64,000 nucleotides of DNA from Candidatus Azambacteria bacterium (GCA_003455995.1 DMPO01000001.1:14945-78944), one strand, 5' to 3'. Numbered from the stretch's first letter, positions 1 through 9,572 are shown. A program made the numbers and translations. Notes: a model not told the origin generated them from the sequence alone.

Positions 1-519
1 TTTGTTTATTTTTTCCAGCAATTTTCCGATTTCTTTAATCGGCTGTATCGTTCCGATTTCGTTGTTGGCGTAAATAACACTAATTAAAATCGTGTTATCT
101 TTTATCGCTTTTTCCAGATCGGCAATTTTTATTAATCCCGTTTTATCAACCGTCAAATAAGTTATCTCGTGTCCGCTTTTTTCCAATTCCTTCAATGGCT
201 CCAATACTGATTCATGTTCTATTTTTGTGGAAATAATATGAAATTTTTGGACATTCTTTACAATTCCCAGAATTGCAAGGTTATTCGCCTCTGTTGCCGA
301 GCCGGTAAAAATAATTTCCGAAAAATCACAATTAAAACATTGCGCGATTGTTTCTCGCGCCTTATCTACCGCCGCTATCGCTTCTTGGCCGAATGAATGA
401 GTGGAAGAAGCGTTGCCGAATTTTTCGCTAAAATACGGCATCATCACCTTTAGCACTTCCCTATCAACCGGCGTCGTTGCGGCAAAATCAAGATAAATCT
501 TGTTGTTTTTCTTAGACAT
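1..519 (-). CDS. Cysteine desulfurase (class V aminotransferase, IscS/NifS-like), N-terminal part; 3' end runs off window
   Basis: Reverse-strand translation from ATG at 517-519 gives MSKKNNKIYLDFAATTPVDREVLKVMMPYFSEKFGNASSTHSFGQEA...FTGSATEANNLAILG, typical of the IscS/NifS N-terminus. It is absent from the ORF track because no stop lies in the window. Confidence 0.75.
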   Translation of the reverse strand, partial: MSKKNNKIYLDFAATTPVDREVLKVMMPYFSEKFGNASSTHSFGQEAIAAVDKARETIAQCFNCDFSEIIFTGSATEANNLAILGIVKNVQKFHIISTKIEHESVLEPLKELEKSGHEITYLTVDKTGLIKIADLEKAIKDNTILISVIYANNEIGTIQPIKEIGKLLEKINK

Positions 520-1288
520 GTTCCAGAGTGGCGTTGCGTTCTTTGACTTCCTGTTCAGCTTTGGCGCGCCAGTCGCGGCCGGCGCACAATTCGTGATAGG
601 CGCAAAAATCACAGACAAAATTTACGGTCCATTTCCCCCGCTCTTTGTCAAAAACCACCGGATCCGACACTGGCGGAAGCTCGTCCATTTTCCAAGAATT
701 ATTCAAAATTTCCAACTGGTCAATGACGGGTTTGATGGCGCTTTCGGAATAATCTACGGGAATAATCAAGCGATTCAAATCGTCTCGGGAAACATAAATC
801 AGCCGACCCTGCAGATTGGAAAAATTTATTTCCGGACAATCCTGATGGCCGTAATTGCGCAACCGCCATAAGTAAAAAAGCGCTTGCAGTTTATGCTGGG
901 GCTGGGGTTGCTTATTCTTCATTTTATATTTGAAACTGAAGGAATTAGTCGATTTTATTTCGTAAAGAATCGGCTTGCCGCCCTCGTATAAAATTAAATC
1001 GACTTTCCCCGACGCTTCATATTCCGGCGCTTCGATTCTCAATTGTTCGGCAATCAAATGCCCCGATTGCTTTACTTTATTAACAATCCACTCTTCGACG
1101 ATCTTACCCACCTCCATGATACCCATTCTCCCCGGCGGGATGATTGATGTCGGAGGCAGTCCTTTGCGGCGATAAAAGGCGCCCCTCAAACAGGAATTCA
1201 GATCCGTCGCCCACCAGCTTTTCTTGGCGTAGGGCTCGCGGACAAAACTTTCGTTTATTATTTTGTCTAAAAAAGTGAAGGAGTCCAT
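512..1288 (-). CDS. Cas4/RecB-family PD-(D/E)xK nuclease with Fe-S cluster cysteines
   Basis: Carries an N-terminal Cys (NSCLRG), motif II D (DLILYEGG), motif III E-x-K (LYEIKST) and a QhxxY-like LQALFY. The C-terminus has Cx2Cx5C (CDFCAYHELC), the AddB/Cas4 4Fe-4S signature. Confidence 0.6.
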   Translation of the reverse strand: MDSFTFLDKIINESFVREPYAKKSWWATDLNSCLRGAFYRRKGLPPTSIIPPGRMGIMEVGKIVEEWIVNKVKQSGHLIAEQLRIEAPEYEASGKVDLILYEGGKPILYEIKSTNSFSFKYKMKNKQPQPQHKLQALFYLWRLRNYGHQDCPEINFSNLQGRLIYVSRDDLNRLIIPVDYSESAIKPVIDQLEILNNSWKMDELPPVSDPVVFDKERGKWTVNFVCDFCAYHELCAGRDWRAKAEQEVKERNATLEHV

Positions 1289-1887
1289 AATATTTTTGTT
1301 TTTCCGCCAGAGGCGGGTCCGCCTCTGGCGGAAAATCTTCGACTTGCGAAGTCAACTTTTAAAATTTTAATATACGGCAGATTGGCGTCGCGGGCAGTGA
1401 ATTTTATTTCTCCATTTTTCAATCCGTATTCATACAGATCGCGCGTCAGCCGCACATCATCGAGGCAGTATTTTTTTAGTTCGTCCATTCTCCCCTGCCG
1501 CCAATAATCGACGGCGATGAGGCCGTTGGCGCTTTTCTTTTTTCCCAAAGTGTTAACACAGAGATCGTCCAAGCTAACCCGATGCCCCATGGCATTGACG
1601 ATTTCAGTCATAATGTCCAAACTGGGAATTTTCATGATGTCCACCGATAGATATTTTTTTAAAACCGGCAAATCAAAACCGTCGGTGTTGAAGCCGATAA
1701 TCAATTCGGTTTTTCTCAACAAATCCTCAAACGCCGGCAATTCTTTTTCCGTGAAAGTCAGGAATTTTTTATCGGCGTAAGAATAAACGCCGGCCACCGA
1801 CAGCAGAAGCTTATGCAGATTTTCTTTTCCGCCGACATCGGAAAATAAATTTTGCGTTTCAATATCCAGAACAATATGATTAGCCAT
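1267..1887 (-). CDS. DnaQ-like 3'-5' exonuclease (DEDD family)
   Basis: The N-terminal LDIETQNLF is an Exo I motif, and the fold pattern is RNase T/DnaQ-like. It overlaps the downstream Cas4-like gene by 22 nt. The 3' tail reads through the GC-rich palindrome at 1303-1336. Confidence 0.6.
   Translation of the reverse strand: MANHIVLDIETQNLFSDVGGKENLHKLLLSVAGVYSYADKKFLTFTEKELPAFEDLLRKTELIIGFNTDGFDLPVLKKYLSVDIMKIPSLDIMTEIVNAMGHRVSLDDLCVNTLGKKKSANGLIAVDYWRQGRMDELKKYCLDDVRLTRDLYEYGLKNGEIKFTARDANLPYIKILKVDFASRRFSARGGPASGGKTKILWTPSLF
1303..1336. repeat. GC-rich palindromic element TTCCGCCAGAGGCGG-GT-CCGCCTCTGGCGGAA (copy 1 of 3)
   Basis: A perfect 15-bp inverted repeat. The 15-mer CCGCCTCTGGCGGAA recurs exactly at 32468-32482 and with 1 mismatch at 15218-15232. 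Confidence 0.6.
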
Positions 1888-1893
1888 AAGATT

Positions 1894-2967
1894 TTATTCT
1901 TCTTCCTCGATTGCCGGTCCTTCGATTTGCAGGGGCTCGATTTCCCCCGCTTTTCCCGTAATTTTTATCACATCTTTGTCGACCTTGCCGAATTCCTTGG
2001 AAGCGCGATTATAGGCATTAACCGTCGTGCCCAAATTATTGCCCAATTTTTTCATATATTCGTCATAGCTCAAAAGATGTTTTTGCAGCATTTCCACATA
2101 TTTGCGGATTTCTTTCGCCGATTCTTCAATTTGCAGCGCCCGCAGACCCTGCATAACGGTTTGCAGATAAGCGAAAAATGATGTCGGCGAAACGATAATG
2201 ACATGCTTTTCCTTAAAAGCGTATTCAATCAAATCGCGCGTGTTAACCTTAATCGCTCCGACCTGGTTAACCAATAAATCGTAATAAATTCCCTCGGCGG
2301 GAATGAACATAAACGCGAAATCCATAGTATTTTCATTCGGTTTGATATATTTAGCCGTTTCGTCAATACGGTTTTTTAAATCGGCTTTAAATTGTTTTTC
2401 CAGTTCTTCTTTCCTATCTTGGTCTTTTTCATTCAAAATCCGGTTGTAATTTTCAAGCGAGAATTTGGAATCGATGGGAATAATTTTATCTTTGACAAAA
2501 ACCACCGCGTCGACAATGTCGCCATTCTTAAATTCGTACTGCATTTGGTAATTTTTCGGCGGCAGAACATTTTTTAAAACATTTTCCAAAAAATATTCAC
2601 CAAGAACGCCGCGATGTTTGGGATTTTTCAAAACATCTTCCAGACCCTGCAATTGGTCGGCGACATTCATCACTTGCTTGTTGGTTTCGTCCAGTTTCGT
2701 CAGCCGTTCGGTAACATCGCGGACAATTTTGGCGCTTTGCGCGAATTGCTGTTGGAACATCTTGGCCGAATCCCCCATTTTATTTTCCACCTGCGAACCG
2801 AAATTCTGCAGGGTTTGGCGCATTTCTTTCAACTGATCCTGAATCATTAAAATCGCTTGATTGTCCTGCGGTTTTTCTCCGGACTTTTTTCGCAACAAAA
2901 AATAAACCAGCATGGCGATTACCCCTGCCATCAAAATTAAAATAGTTAATAAAATTCCCTGATCCAT
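1894..2967 (-). CDS. rmuC: DNA recombination protein RmuC
   Basis: An N-terminal TM helix is followed by a long coiled coil and an RmuC-like C-terminal domain (FMFIPAEGIYYDL...VSPTSFFAYL). ATG at 2965-2967 is preferred; the ORF-track start at 3126 is a non-ATG extension. Confidence 0.8.
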   Translation of the reverse strand: MDQGILLTILILMAGVIAMLVYFLLRKKSGEKPQDNQAILMIQDQLKEMRQTLQNFGSQVENKMGDSAKMFQQQFAQSAKIVRDVTERLTKLDETNKQVMNVADQLQGLEDVLKNPKHRGVLGEYFLENVLKNVLPPKNYQMQYEFKNGDIVDAVVFVKDKIIPIDSKFSLENYNRILNEKDQDRKEELEKQFKADLKNRIDETAKYIKPNENTMDFAFMFIPAEGIYYDLLVNQVGAIKVNTRDLIEYAFKEKHVIIVSPTSFFAYLQTVMQGLRALQIEESAKEIRKYVEMLQKHLLSYDEYMKKLGNNLGTTVNAYNRASKEFGKVDKDVIKITGKAGEIEPLQIEGPAIEEEE

Positions 2968-3029
2968 TAAAATGATTTTATCATGCTTTTTGGATATTTC
3001 ACAATTTGGTGTAAAATAAAACCAAATAC

Positions 3030-3509
3030 ATGTTGCTTGATTCCAAAAGACCGTTTTATTTAATATCCGGAATATTGATTTTGGGTTTGTTGGGTATTGT
3101 TTTTTATTTTCAATATCAAAAAACAATTGATAAAAACTCCATTACTGTTATCACCGGCGATAAGCCCATAAAAATTCAAGTTGAGTTTGTCAAAACTTCT
3201 GAAGAATTGACTCGGGGATTGATGAATCGCGTTTCATTGGACGAAAATTCCGGAATGTTTTTTGTTTTTTCCGACGAAGCAACGCGAAGTTTCTGGATGA
3301 AAAATACTTTAATCCCGCTTGATATAATTTTTATTTCTTCAAATGGCCATATAAACGAAATAACAACTATGAATCCTTGCCAAGAAAATAATATCTGTCA
3401 GCCATATGAATCAAAATTGCCGGCGCAATTCGTTTTGGAAATCAATGCCGACCAAGCCGAAAAACGGAACATATCCCCCGGCGACATCATCCAACTCCCT
3501 CAAAAATAA
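3030..3509 (+). CDS. DUF192-domain protein
   Basis: N-terminal TM anchor; GMFFVF...LDIIFI pattern characteristic of DUF192 (COG1430). Confidence 0.55.
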   Translation: MLLDSKRPFYLISGILILGLLGIVFYFQYQKTIDKNSITVITGDKPIKIQVEFVKTSEELTRGLMNRVSLDENSGMFFVFSDEATRSFWMKNTLIPLDIIFISSNGHINEITTMNPCQENNICQPYESKLPAQFVLEINADQAEKRNISPGDIIQLPQK

Positions 3510-3510
3510 T

Positions 3511-4281
3511 TTACTTTATCAAATAAGTCAGGGTGACGCTTATGGCGATGTCCTGACTGCCGGGTTCGATTTGCGGAGATGATTTTGCTATCGCGCCTCC
3601 CATGCCCATCGCTTCATAAAACATCGGCGGTTCTCCGGCTGAATTTTCGCTAAAACCAATGATGCGGCCAAGACGGAAACCTGCCGTTTTGCCGGTGATT
3701 TTAGCTTTTTCTTTCGCCTGCTTGACCGCTTCCTCGCGCGCTTTATTTCTTAATTCTTCCGGCCTGTCCACCAGCATCGATATGGAATTGATTTGATTGG
3801 CGCCATTGGAAACCGCGCCGTCCAAAATGTCGCCAACTTTGGCAATATCGCGAATCGTAACGGAAAGCGACTGATTCAAAATATAGCCGGCTAGCGTTGA
3901 CTTGCCTTTATTGTAATCGTATTTCGGAGACAGATTATAGTTGTTGGTTTTGATGTCCTCATCTTTTATTCCCTGATTTTTCAGAAATTTAATCACCGAG
4001 TTCATCTTGGAAGAATTCTCGTTCTGGACCGAAATTGAATCTTTGCCCTCAGTCGATAATCCAATCTCAACTTTGGCGGTATCCGGCGCGGCTTTTACCT
4101 TGCCTTCTCCGGAAAAACTGACCGTTTGATAGGCATTCACCGCTCCGCCGTTGCGATAACTGTTTACCGCGCCAACCAATTGATTGAAACCGGCAAAAAC
4201 CAAAAATAGCGTCAAAATGATAAGACCGACGCACACAACTCTTCGTTCGCATTCCGGCAATTTATTATAATCAAAAGCCAT
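3511..4281 (-). CDS. SIMPL/DUF541 (BP26/OMP28-like) periplasmic protein
   Basis: The signal/TM segment and the ...RAKAREEAVKQAKEKA... segment are typical of the SIMPL domain. ATG at 4279-4281 is used; the ORF-track start at 4308 is non-ATG. Confidence 0.55.
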   Translation of the reverse strand: MAFDYNKLPECERRVVCVGLIILTLFLVFAGFNQLVGAVNSYRNGGAVNAYQTVSFSGEGKVKAAPDTAKVEIGLSTEGKDSISVQNENSSKMNSVIKFLKNQGIKDEDIKTNNYNLSPKYDYNKGKSTLAGYILNQSLSVTIRDIAKVGDILDGAVSNGANQINSISMLVDRPEELRNKAREEAVKQAKEKAKITGKTAGFRLGRIIGFSENSAGEPPMFYEAMGMGGAIAKSSPQIEPGSQDIAISVTLTYLIK

Positions 4282-4286
4282 ATTTT

Positions 4287-4655
4287 TTATTTTAATGGTA
4301 ATTGACAACCGCTTTCTTGCGATAATTTTTCAATGCCCTGTTCCCCAACTAATTTCTTCCCATCCGGAAAAATCCATGTCGGATAACCGGTAACGCCTTT
4401 TTCCAGACACGCTTGCGGATTTTTGGGACATTCGACATAGGATACGAATTGAAACGAACTGCCGAACGCCCTTTTTTCATTCTGGCAATGGGAACACCAG
4501 TCGGCGCCGTACATAGCAACTTTCTTTTCCGCCAAACATTTGGCAAAATCATCATATTGGGAAATGGCCGGCGGCGCCGATTTGTAAAAATACCACGCGA
4601 CAATAACAAGTGCCAAAATAATCAAACCGATTATGTATAATAATTTTTTATTCAT
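4287..4655 (-). CDS. Membrane-anchored thioredoxin-like protein (WCSHC active site)
   Basis: N-terminal TM followed by a CxxC motif (DWCSHC) in a thioredoxin-fold context. Alternative ATG at 4673 overlaps the upstream gene stop (ATGA). Confidence 0.6.
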   Translation of the reverse strand: MNKKLLYIIGLIILALVIVAWYFYKSAPPAISQYDDFAKCLAEKKVAMYGADWCSHCQNEKRAFGSSFQFVSYVECPKNPQACLEKGVTGYPTWIFPDGKKLVGEQGIEKLSQESGCQLPLK

Positions 4656-4669
4656 AAAAATTATGCACA

Positions 4670-5188
4670 TCATTCATCGCAGCAATCGACTAATTTATTC
4701 ATAATGTCCGTCAGCGTCCACGGTTTTTCTTCAGACGCGATTTTCTTCAATTCGGTGGTGTCAATCAATTTAAGGCGCAACGCCCAAAACAGGGAGTAAA
4801 TTTCATTGGCTTTGCCGTAAATTTCCTTGGCTTCCTCTTTTTTGCCGTCGGACTGTAATTTGGTACCCACTTCAATTAACCGCATGGTCGTCCCCAAAAG
4901 ATGCTTGGAAATGCACCAGGTCTCGCCTTCGTGCTTGTCAATTAATTTTTTCAGCAGCGATTTTCTTATTTCCCGCGCTTCCAAAAGAAGATCCAAATAA
5001 CCGTCTTTACCGGTCTTGGCGTTGGTAAAAAAGAAGTGTTCCTCCAAAGAAACCAAATTCATCACCGCGATGCTTAAATCCTCTTCGGTCGATAAATCAA
5101 CCTCACCGGATTTTTTCATCCGTTCTATTTTCTTCATCAATTCAGAAAATTTGTCGTTTTCTTCATTCATATTTCTATTATAATACAA
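4670..5188 (-). CDS. Hypothetical protein
   Basis: A 172-aa ORF that overlaps its neighbours in an operon-like way; no recognisable motif. Confidence 0.4.
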   Translation of the reverse strand: MYYNRNMNEENDKFSELMKKIERMKKSGEVDLSTEEDLSIAVMNLVSLEEHFFFTNAKTGKDGYLDLLLEAREIRKSLLKKLIDKHEGETWCISKHLLGTTMRLIEVGTKLQSDGKKEEAKEIYGKANEIYSLFWALRLKLIDTTELKKIASEEKPWTLTDIMNKLVDCCDE

Positions 5189-5840
5189 AAATCGCGATTC
5201 CCAAAATTATCATGGCGATTCCGCTCCACAATTTGATTCTGATATTTCCATCCTCTTTCCACGACTGCATTTTGGCAAGAAGAGTTTTATTGCTTGCGAT
5301 TAATAACGCAATGACGAGAGGCGAAACAAAAACCAGGTTATAGTATATCAAATACACCAGACCCTTCGCAAAAGTGGCCTGATCATGCAGAAGCCCCAAA
5401 ATCATCAGATACGGACCTCCGGTGCAGGGAAATTCATAAAGGCCGACCAAAACGCCGAGAAAAAACGCCGCCGGAATCGAGCCCTTTTCAATCAATGTCG
5501 CCATTTTTGGCTTGATAAAAGCGGGAATTTTAAGTTTTATCGGAAAGGCGGGAAAAAATTCATTCAATATACTGATCGCTCCCGCCAAAATCAAAATTGC
5601 CGCGCCGATCTTGCCCATAAAATGAGGCACATTAAAAAAATTGAGCGCCCTCATGATGCCGAGCCCGATTGATACATATATTAAAAATATGCCTGCAATA
5701 TACACCCCGCCGATTTTTATAATATTGGTTCGCGTCTTGCCGGCGTTAAAAAGAAAAGCAATTGTCAAGATTAAAACCGAAAAAGCGCAAAAATTTACGC
5801 TGTCGATAACAGCGGCGATTGTTACCAGAGAAATACTCAT
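5178..5840 (-). CDS. ccdA: Cytochrome c-type biogenesis protein CcdA / DsbD-family thiol-disulfide transporter
   Basis: Multi-TM protein with two Cys sites (VNFCAF and FPCTGGP); the FPCTGGP motif is typical of the CcdA/DsbD_2 family. Confidence 0.7.
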   Translation of the reverse strand: MSISLVTIAAVIDSVNFCAFSVLILTIAFLFNAGKTRTNIIKIGGVYIAGIFLIYVSIGLGIMRALNFFNVPHFMGKIGAAILILAGAISILNEFFPAFPIKLKIPAFIKPKMATLIEKGSIPAAFFLGVLVGLYEFPCTGGPYLMILGLLHDQATFAKGLVYLIYYNLVFVSPLVIALLIASNKTLLAKMQSWKEDGNIRIKLWSGIAMIILGIAIFVL

Positions 5841-5894
5841 ATTTCCTCTTCTTCGTCGTCGCTTAATGGTTTAGGCAAGATTGAGAATTTCATT

Positions 5895-6386
5895 TTAGGT
5901 CCGTTTAGCGAAGTATACTCCATCGTTAAAAATTTTCCAAGTCGCGCCGATAATCAAAAATCCCAACAGCCAGCCGGCGATAACATCCGATGTCCAATGA
6001 ACGCCGAGATATATCCTTGAAAATCCGATAAGAAAAATGAACGCGCCGGCCGCGATTGAAATTATTATTTTCTGCCATTTTTTACGACATAATTTGTAAA
6101 TAAAATAACCGATTATTCCGTAAAAAATAATCGCCATCATCGCGTGGCCGCTGGGAAATGAATAACCGCTTTCCTGTATCAATGCCAAACTCGCATCAGG
6201 TCGCGGACGGCGAACAATAAATTTCAAAATTTCTTTGATAATTTCGCCGCTTATTAAAGCGGCGACAAGAAAAACGGTCTCTTGTTTTTTTCTCAATAAC
6301 GCCAATATCGCAACCGCGACAACGCCAAAGCCGACAATAACTTGCCAATTTCCGAGATAAGTAACAAAAACCATAATTTGAAACAT
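5895..6386 (-). CDS. PAP2-family phosphatase (undecaprenyl-diphosphatase-like)
   Basis: PAP2 motifs KxxxxxxRP (KFIVRRPRP), PSGH and SRxxxxxHxxxD (SRIYLGVHWTSD). Confidence 0.75.
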   Translation of the reverse strand: MFQIMVFVTYLGNWQVIVGFGVVAVAILALLRKKQETVFLVAALISGEIIKEILKFIVRRPRPDASLALIQESGYSFPSGHAMMAIIFYGIIGYFIYKLCRKKWQKIIISIAAGAFIFLIGFSRIYLGVHWTSDVIAGWLLGFLIIGATWKIFNDGVYFAKRT

Positions 6387-6445
6387 TATTTTTATTATAT
6401 AACTTATTTAAACAAATAAAAACCCCGTCTTAGCGGGGTATTTAA

Positions 6446-7537
6446 TTACCTACCGTGTCTTATTTCGGAAATGTGTTTTACACCGTCCCTGATCATCAAA
6501 TCTTTCAACCCTTCATTGATCTGATGGACGATGGCGGGGCCCTTATATACAAGGGCGGAATAAATTTGGATCAGATCGGCGTATTTTAACATTTCATACG
6601 CCCGCGCCGCGTTGGAAATCCCGCCGACCGCAATAATTGGAATTTTTTTATTAATTTTAATGCTCAAATATACAATCGTGGTAAGCGCTTTTTTCCAAAG
6701 CGGTCTGCCGCTTAATCCCCCTTCCTCGGTTGTCGGCACAGTTAGTCCGTCGCGAGTGACAGTGGTATTTACGGCAATCAAGCCGTCAACGCCACAATCA
6801 AAACAAACCTCTAACACATCATCAATCTCGTCCAATCCTAAATCGGGCGAAATTTTTACCAAAATTTTTTTGGGCTTTTGTTTAGTTAATTCCGCAAGCG
6901 CCTTATTCTCTTTTTTCAAGAATGAAATTATATCTTTCAAATGCGCTTTTTCTTGCAGCTTTCTCAATCCGGGCGTATTCGGCGAGCTGACATTTATTAC
7001 GAAATAGTCGCCACAAAGATACAGTTGCCTGAATGAATAACAGTAATCCATAGCCGCCATTTCAAGCGGTGTATTTTTCGATTTTCCCAAACTGATTCCC
7101 AGCGGAATATCCGATCCGGCAGTTCTTCTTAAATGCCAAGATACGGTGTCGGCGCCGGCGCTTGGAAACCCCATGCGATTGATAATTGCTTCATCTTCCG
7201 GAAAGCGAAAAATGCGCGGCTGTGGATTTCCCGGCTGTTCGAATCTTGTCACCGTTCCCATTTCCAAAAAACCGAACCCCAGCGATTGGAACCCTCTTAA
7301 AACGACTCCATTTTTGTCGAATCCGGCGGCCAGTCCGACAGGATTGCGAAATTTCAACCCAAATATTTCCCGCTCCAAAGCAGGGTCTTCAAAAGTCGCG
7401 CATTGCGCTACCAACTTTGCCAACCATCTTTGATTTCCGACAAAACTTAACAGGGCCAAAACCGCTTCATGAGCATCTTCCGGGTCTTTCCTAAACAACT
7501 TAAACAAAATCGGCCTCACCATCCATCTGTAGATCAT
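6446..7537 (-). CDS. pyrD: Dihydroorotate dehydrogenase (quinone), class 2
   Basis: FGLKFRNPVGLAAGFDKNG ... IGVGGI motifs; an N-terminal membrane-association helix is typical of class 2 PyrD. Confidence 0.9.
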   Translation of the reverse strand: MIYRWMVRPILFKLFRKDPEDAHEAVLALLSFVGNQRWLAKLVAQCATFEDPALEREIFGLKFRNPVGLAAGFDKNGVVLRGFQSLGFGFLEMGTVTRFEQPGNPQPRIFRFPEDEAIINRMGFPSAGADTVSWHLRRTAGSDIPLGISLGKSKNTPLEMAAMDYCYSFRQLYLCGDYFVINVSSPNTPGLRKLQEKAHLKDIISFLKKENKALAELTKQKPKKILVKISPDLGLDEIDDVLEVCFDCGVDGLIAVNTTVTRDGLTVPTTEEGGLSGRPLWKKALTTIVYLSIKINKKIPIIAVGGISNAARAYEMLKYADLIQIYSALVYKGPAIVHQINEGLKDLMIRDGVKHISEIRHGR

Positions 7538-7589
7538 CTTCTCCGCCCTCCTTTCTTTTTATACTTTTTTAAACAACTTGGTGACACTA

Positions 7590-7614
7590 AAATAACACGC
7601 AATGCGTGTTATTT
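7590..7614 (-). terminator. Hairpin AATAACACGCA-ATG-CGTGTTATT downstream of tRNA-Gln
   Basis: A perfect 10-bp stem lies immediately 3' of the tRNA on the minus strand, followed by a TTTTA run. Confidence 0.45.
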
Positions 7615-7623
7615 GTCAATAAC

Positions 7624-7693
7624 TGCGGGACAGGGAGTCGAACCCCAATTTCATGGTTCAGAGCCATGCGTGCTACCATTACACCATCCCGCA
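7624..7693 (-). tRNA. tRNA-Gln (anticodon CUG)
   Basis: Cloverleaf on the reverse complement: acceptor TGCGGGA/TCCCGCA, anticodon stem CATGG/CCATG, loop CTCTGAA, T-loop TTCGACT. Confidence 0.7.
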
Positions 7694-7705
7694 ATATATC
7701 AGTTT

Positions 7706-8614
7706 TCAAACTTTCAAATATTTTCGCACTGCCACCCAACTGGAAAAGACGCCCAATATTATGCCACCCAAGGTTTGAAAAAGCAATAATGGCCAAAAAT
7801 TATCGCCGATGTAACTTACAAGATTTATGTTAGGAAGAAAATCAAAAAGTTTCGGCCCTAAGAAACCGATGCCCGGAATAACAATCATGAAAGAAATTAT
7901 GGACGCGACAACACCATGCAAAACGCCTTCGACAATAAAGGGCCCCCTCACGAACCAATTGGAAGCGCCGACTAGTTTCATCACCGTTATTTCTTCCCGC
8001 GCGGAATAAATCGCCAGCCGCACCGTGTTGAAAGCCACCAGAAAAGCGATAAAAGCCAAAATTAAACTCGCCGCAACCCCGCTCTCGCGCAACACTTTGA
8101 TAATATTACTTAACCGATCAATGGCGTCTTTATTTTCCGTATAGGTAATATTGGTAATGATGCCCTTATATTGATCTTGATTCAAAAAAGCGGTGATAGC
8201 GGGATATTGCGATAAATTCTTAGCCAAAATATTTAAACTTGCTTCCAGCGGGTTGATTCCAATTTCTTGAAGCGACTTAATAAAGATATCGTTATCGGCA
8301 TGCCGTTTTTTAAAAATTGGCAGGGCCTGTTCCGCGGAAATATATTCGACGCTATTCACTTCTCCCATCCCTTCTAATTTTGACTTTAACGCCAAAATAT
8401 CCATTTCTTTGGCGCCCAAATTGAAATAGACGCTGATATCAACCTTTTCTACCAACACATCCAAAACCGAAGTTAACACCACATTTAAAAGAAAAATACT
8501 GGTCCAAACGACAAGAGTAACCGTCATTATCAAAACCGTGGCGGTCGATAGCCAGCCATTGCGCCAAAAATTTAACATTCCCGCTTTTATTATTCTATGG
8601 AGCGTTGTAAACAT
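7706..8614 (-). CDS. ftsX: Cell division permease FtsX
   Basis: Four-TM FtsX architecture with a periplasmic loop; lies directly downstream of ftsE. Confidence 0.85.
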   Translation of the reverse strand: MFTTLHRIIKAGMLNFWRNGWLSTATVLIMTVTLVVWTSIFLLNVVLTSVLDVLVEKVDISVYFNLGAKEMDILALKSKLEGMGEVNSVEYISAEQALPIFKKRHADNDIFIKSLQEIGINPLEASLNILAKNLSQYPAITAFLNQDQYKGIITNITYTENKDAIDRLSNIIKVLRESGVAASLILAFIAFLVAFNTVRLAIYSAREEITVMKLVGASNWFVRGPFIVEGVLHGVVASIISFMIVIPGIGFLGPKLFDFLPNINLVSYIGDNFWPLLLFQTLGGIILGVFSSWVAVRKYLKV

Positions 8615-8619
8615 AATAA

Positions 8620-9303
8620 TTATGAAAGAATGTAGCGACCGGGGTTTTCGTCTCTCGAAACCACGCCATTTTCCAAACTGACCACGCGCCGTTCGAGCGC
8701 GTTGATAATTTCTTTGTCATGCGTCGCCAAAATGACCGTAGTGCCCAGTTCATTAATTTTAATGAGAAGCCGGATAATATCCCAAGTATTAATGGGGTCA
8801 AGATTGCCCGTCGGTTCGTCGGCGACAATAACGCTCGGCCGGTGAACCATGGCGCGAGCAATGGCGACTCTCTGTTTTTCACCGCCGGAAAGTTCTCGGG
8901 GAAAATTGTCCTTTTTATTTTTCAGGCCTACCAAATCCAAAACCCTGCCGACATCATTTTGAATTTCCGCTTCGCTTTTACCGGCTACTTCCATCGCAAA
9001 AGCCACATTTTCATAGGCGGTTTTGTTGGGCAATAATTTAAAATCCTGAAAAACCGCCCCTATTTGGCGGCGCAAAAAAGGCAACTCTTTGGCCGGCATT
9101 TTCAGAATGTTTTGTTTGTTAAAAAAAATTCTGCCGCCGGTTGGTTTCTCTTCCGCGATTAAAAGTTTTAAAAGCGTCGACTTCCCCGCCCCGGAACGGC
9201 CTACGACCGACACAAATTCTTGGGGCTTAACCTCAAACGAAACGCTTTTCAAAGCCACGGAATGGCTGTTGTAAATTTTGCTGACATGTTCAAATCGTAT
9301 CAT
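8620..9303 (-). CDS. ftsE: Cell division ATP-binding protein FtsE (ABC ATPase)
   Basis: Walker A GRSGAGKST, ABC signature LSGGEKQR and Walker B VIVADEPT. ATG at 9301-9303 (MIRFEHVSKIY) is preferred over the upstream extension. Confidence 0.9.
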   Translation of the reverse strand: MIRFEHVSKIYNSHSVALKSVSFEVKPQEFVSVVGRSGAGKSTLLKLLIAEEKPTGGRIFFNKQNILKMPAKELPFLRRQIGAVFQDFKLLPNKTAYENVAFAMEVAGKSEAEIQNDVGRVLDLVGLKNKKDNFPRELSGGEKQRVAIARAMVHRPSVIVADEPTGNLDPINTWDIIRLLIKINELGTTVILATHDKEIINALERRVVSLENGVVSRDENPGRYILS

Positions 9304-9368
9304 CGCCGTGTATGTCGGTATTTTACCAAAATAAAAATCCCCAGGCAAATCTGAGGATGGTAACCGAC

Positions 9369-9572
9369 TCAAAAAAAGACAATACACGCCGCCCGCGCTT
9401 TTGATTTAGCCCGCGCAATTCTGTATGTATCCGCCTCTTTCGAGACCTTTCGAGCAACTTCCGCCCAGAAATTTGGCATATCAACGCTTTTCCACATCTT
9501 TTCGAGCTCGTCCGCTCTTTTGACAATCAATTTTTTATGTTGTTTTTGAATATTCATTCTTTTCTTAGCCAT
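9369..9572 (-). CDS. Small basic hypothetical protein
   Basis: A 67-aa ORF preceded by a strong SD (AAAAGGAGGGATT-ATG). Confidence 0.45.
   Translation of the reverse strand: MAKKRMNIQKQHKKLIVKRADELEKMWKSVDMPNFWAEVARKVSKEADTYRIARAKSKARAACIVFF

Noticed and set aside
214-871. Plus-strand ORFs 214..396 and 500..871
   Set aside because: They lie antisense to the clearly recognisable cysteine desulfurase and Cas4-like genes on the minus strand, with no motifs or start context.
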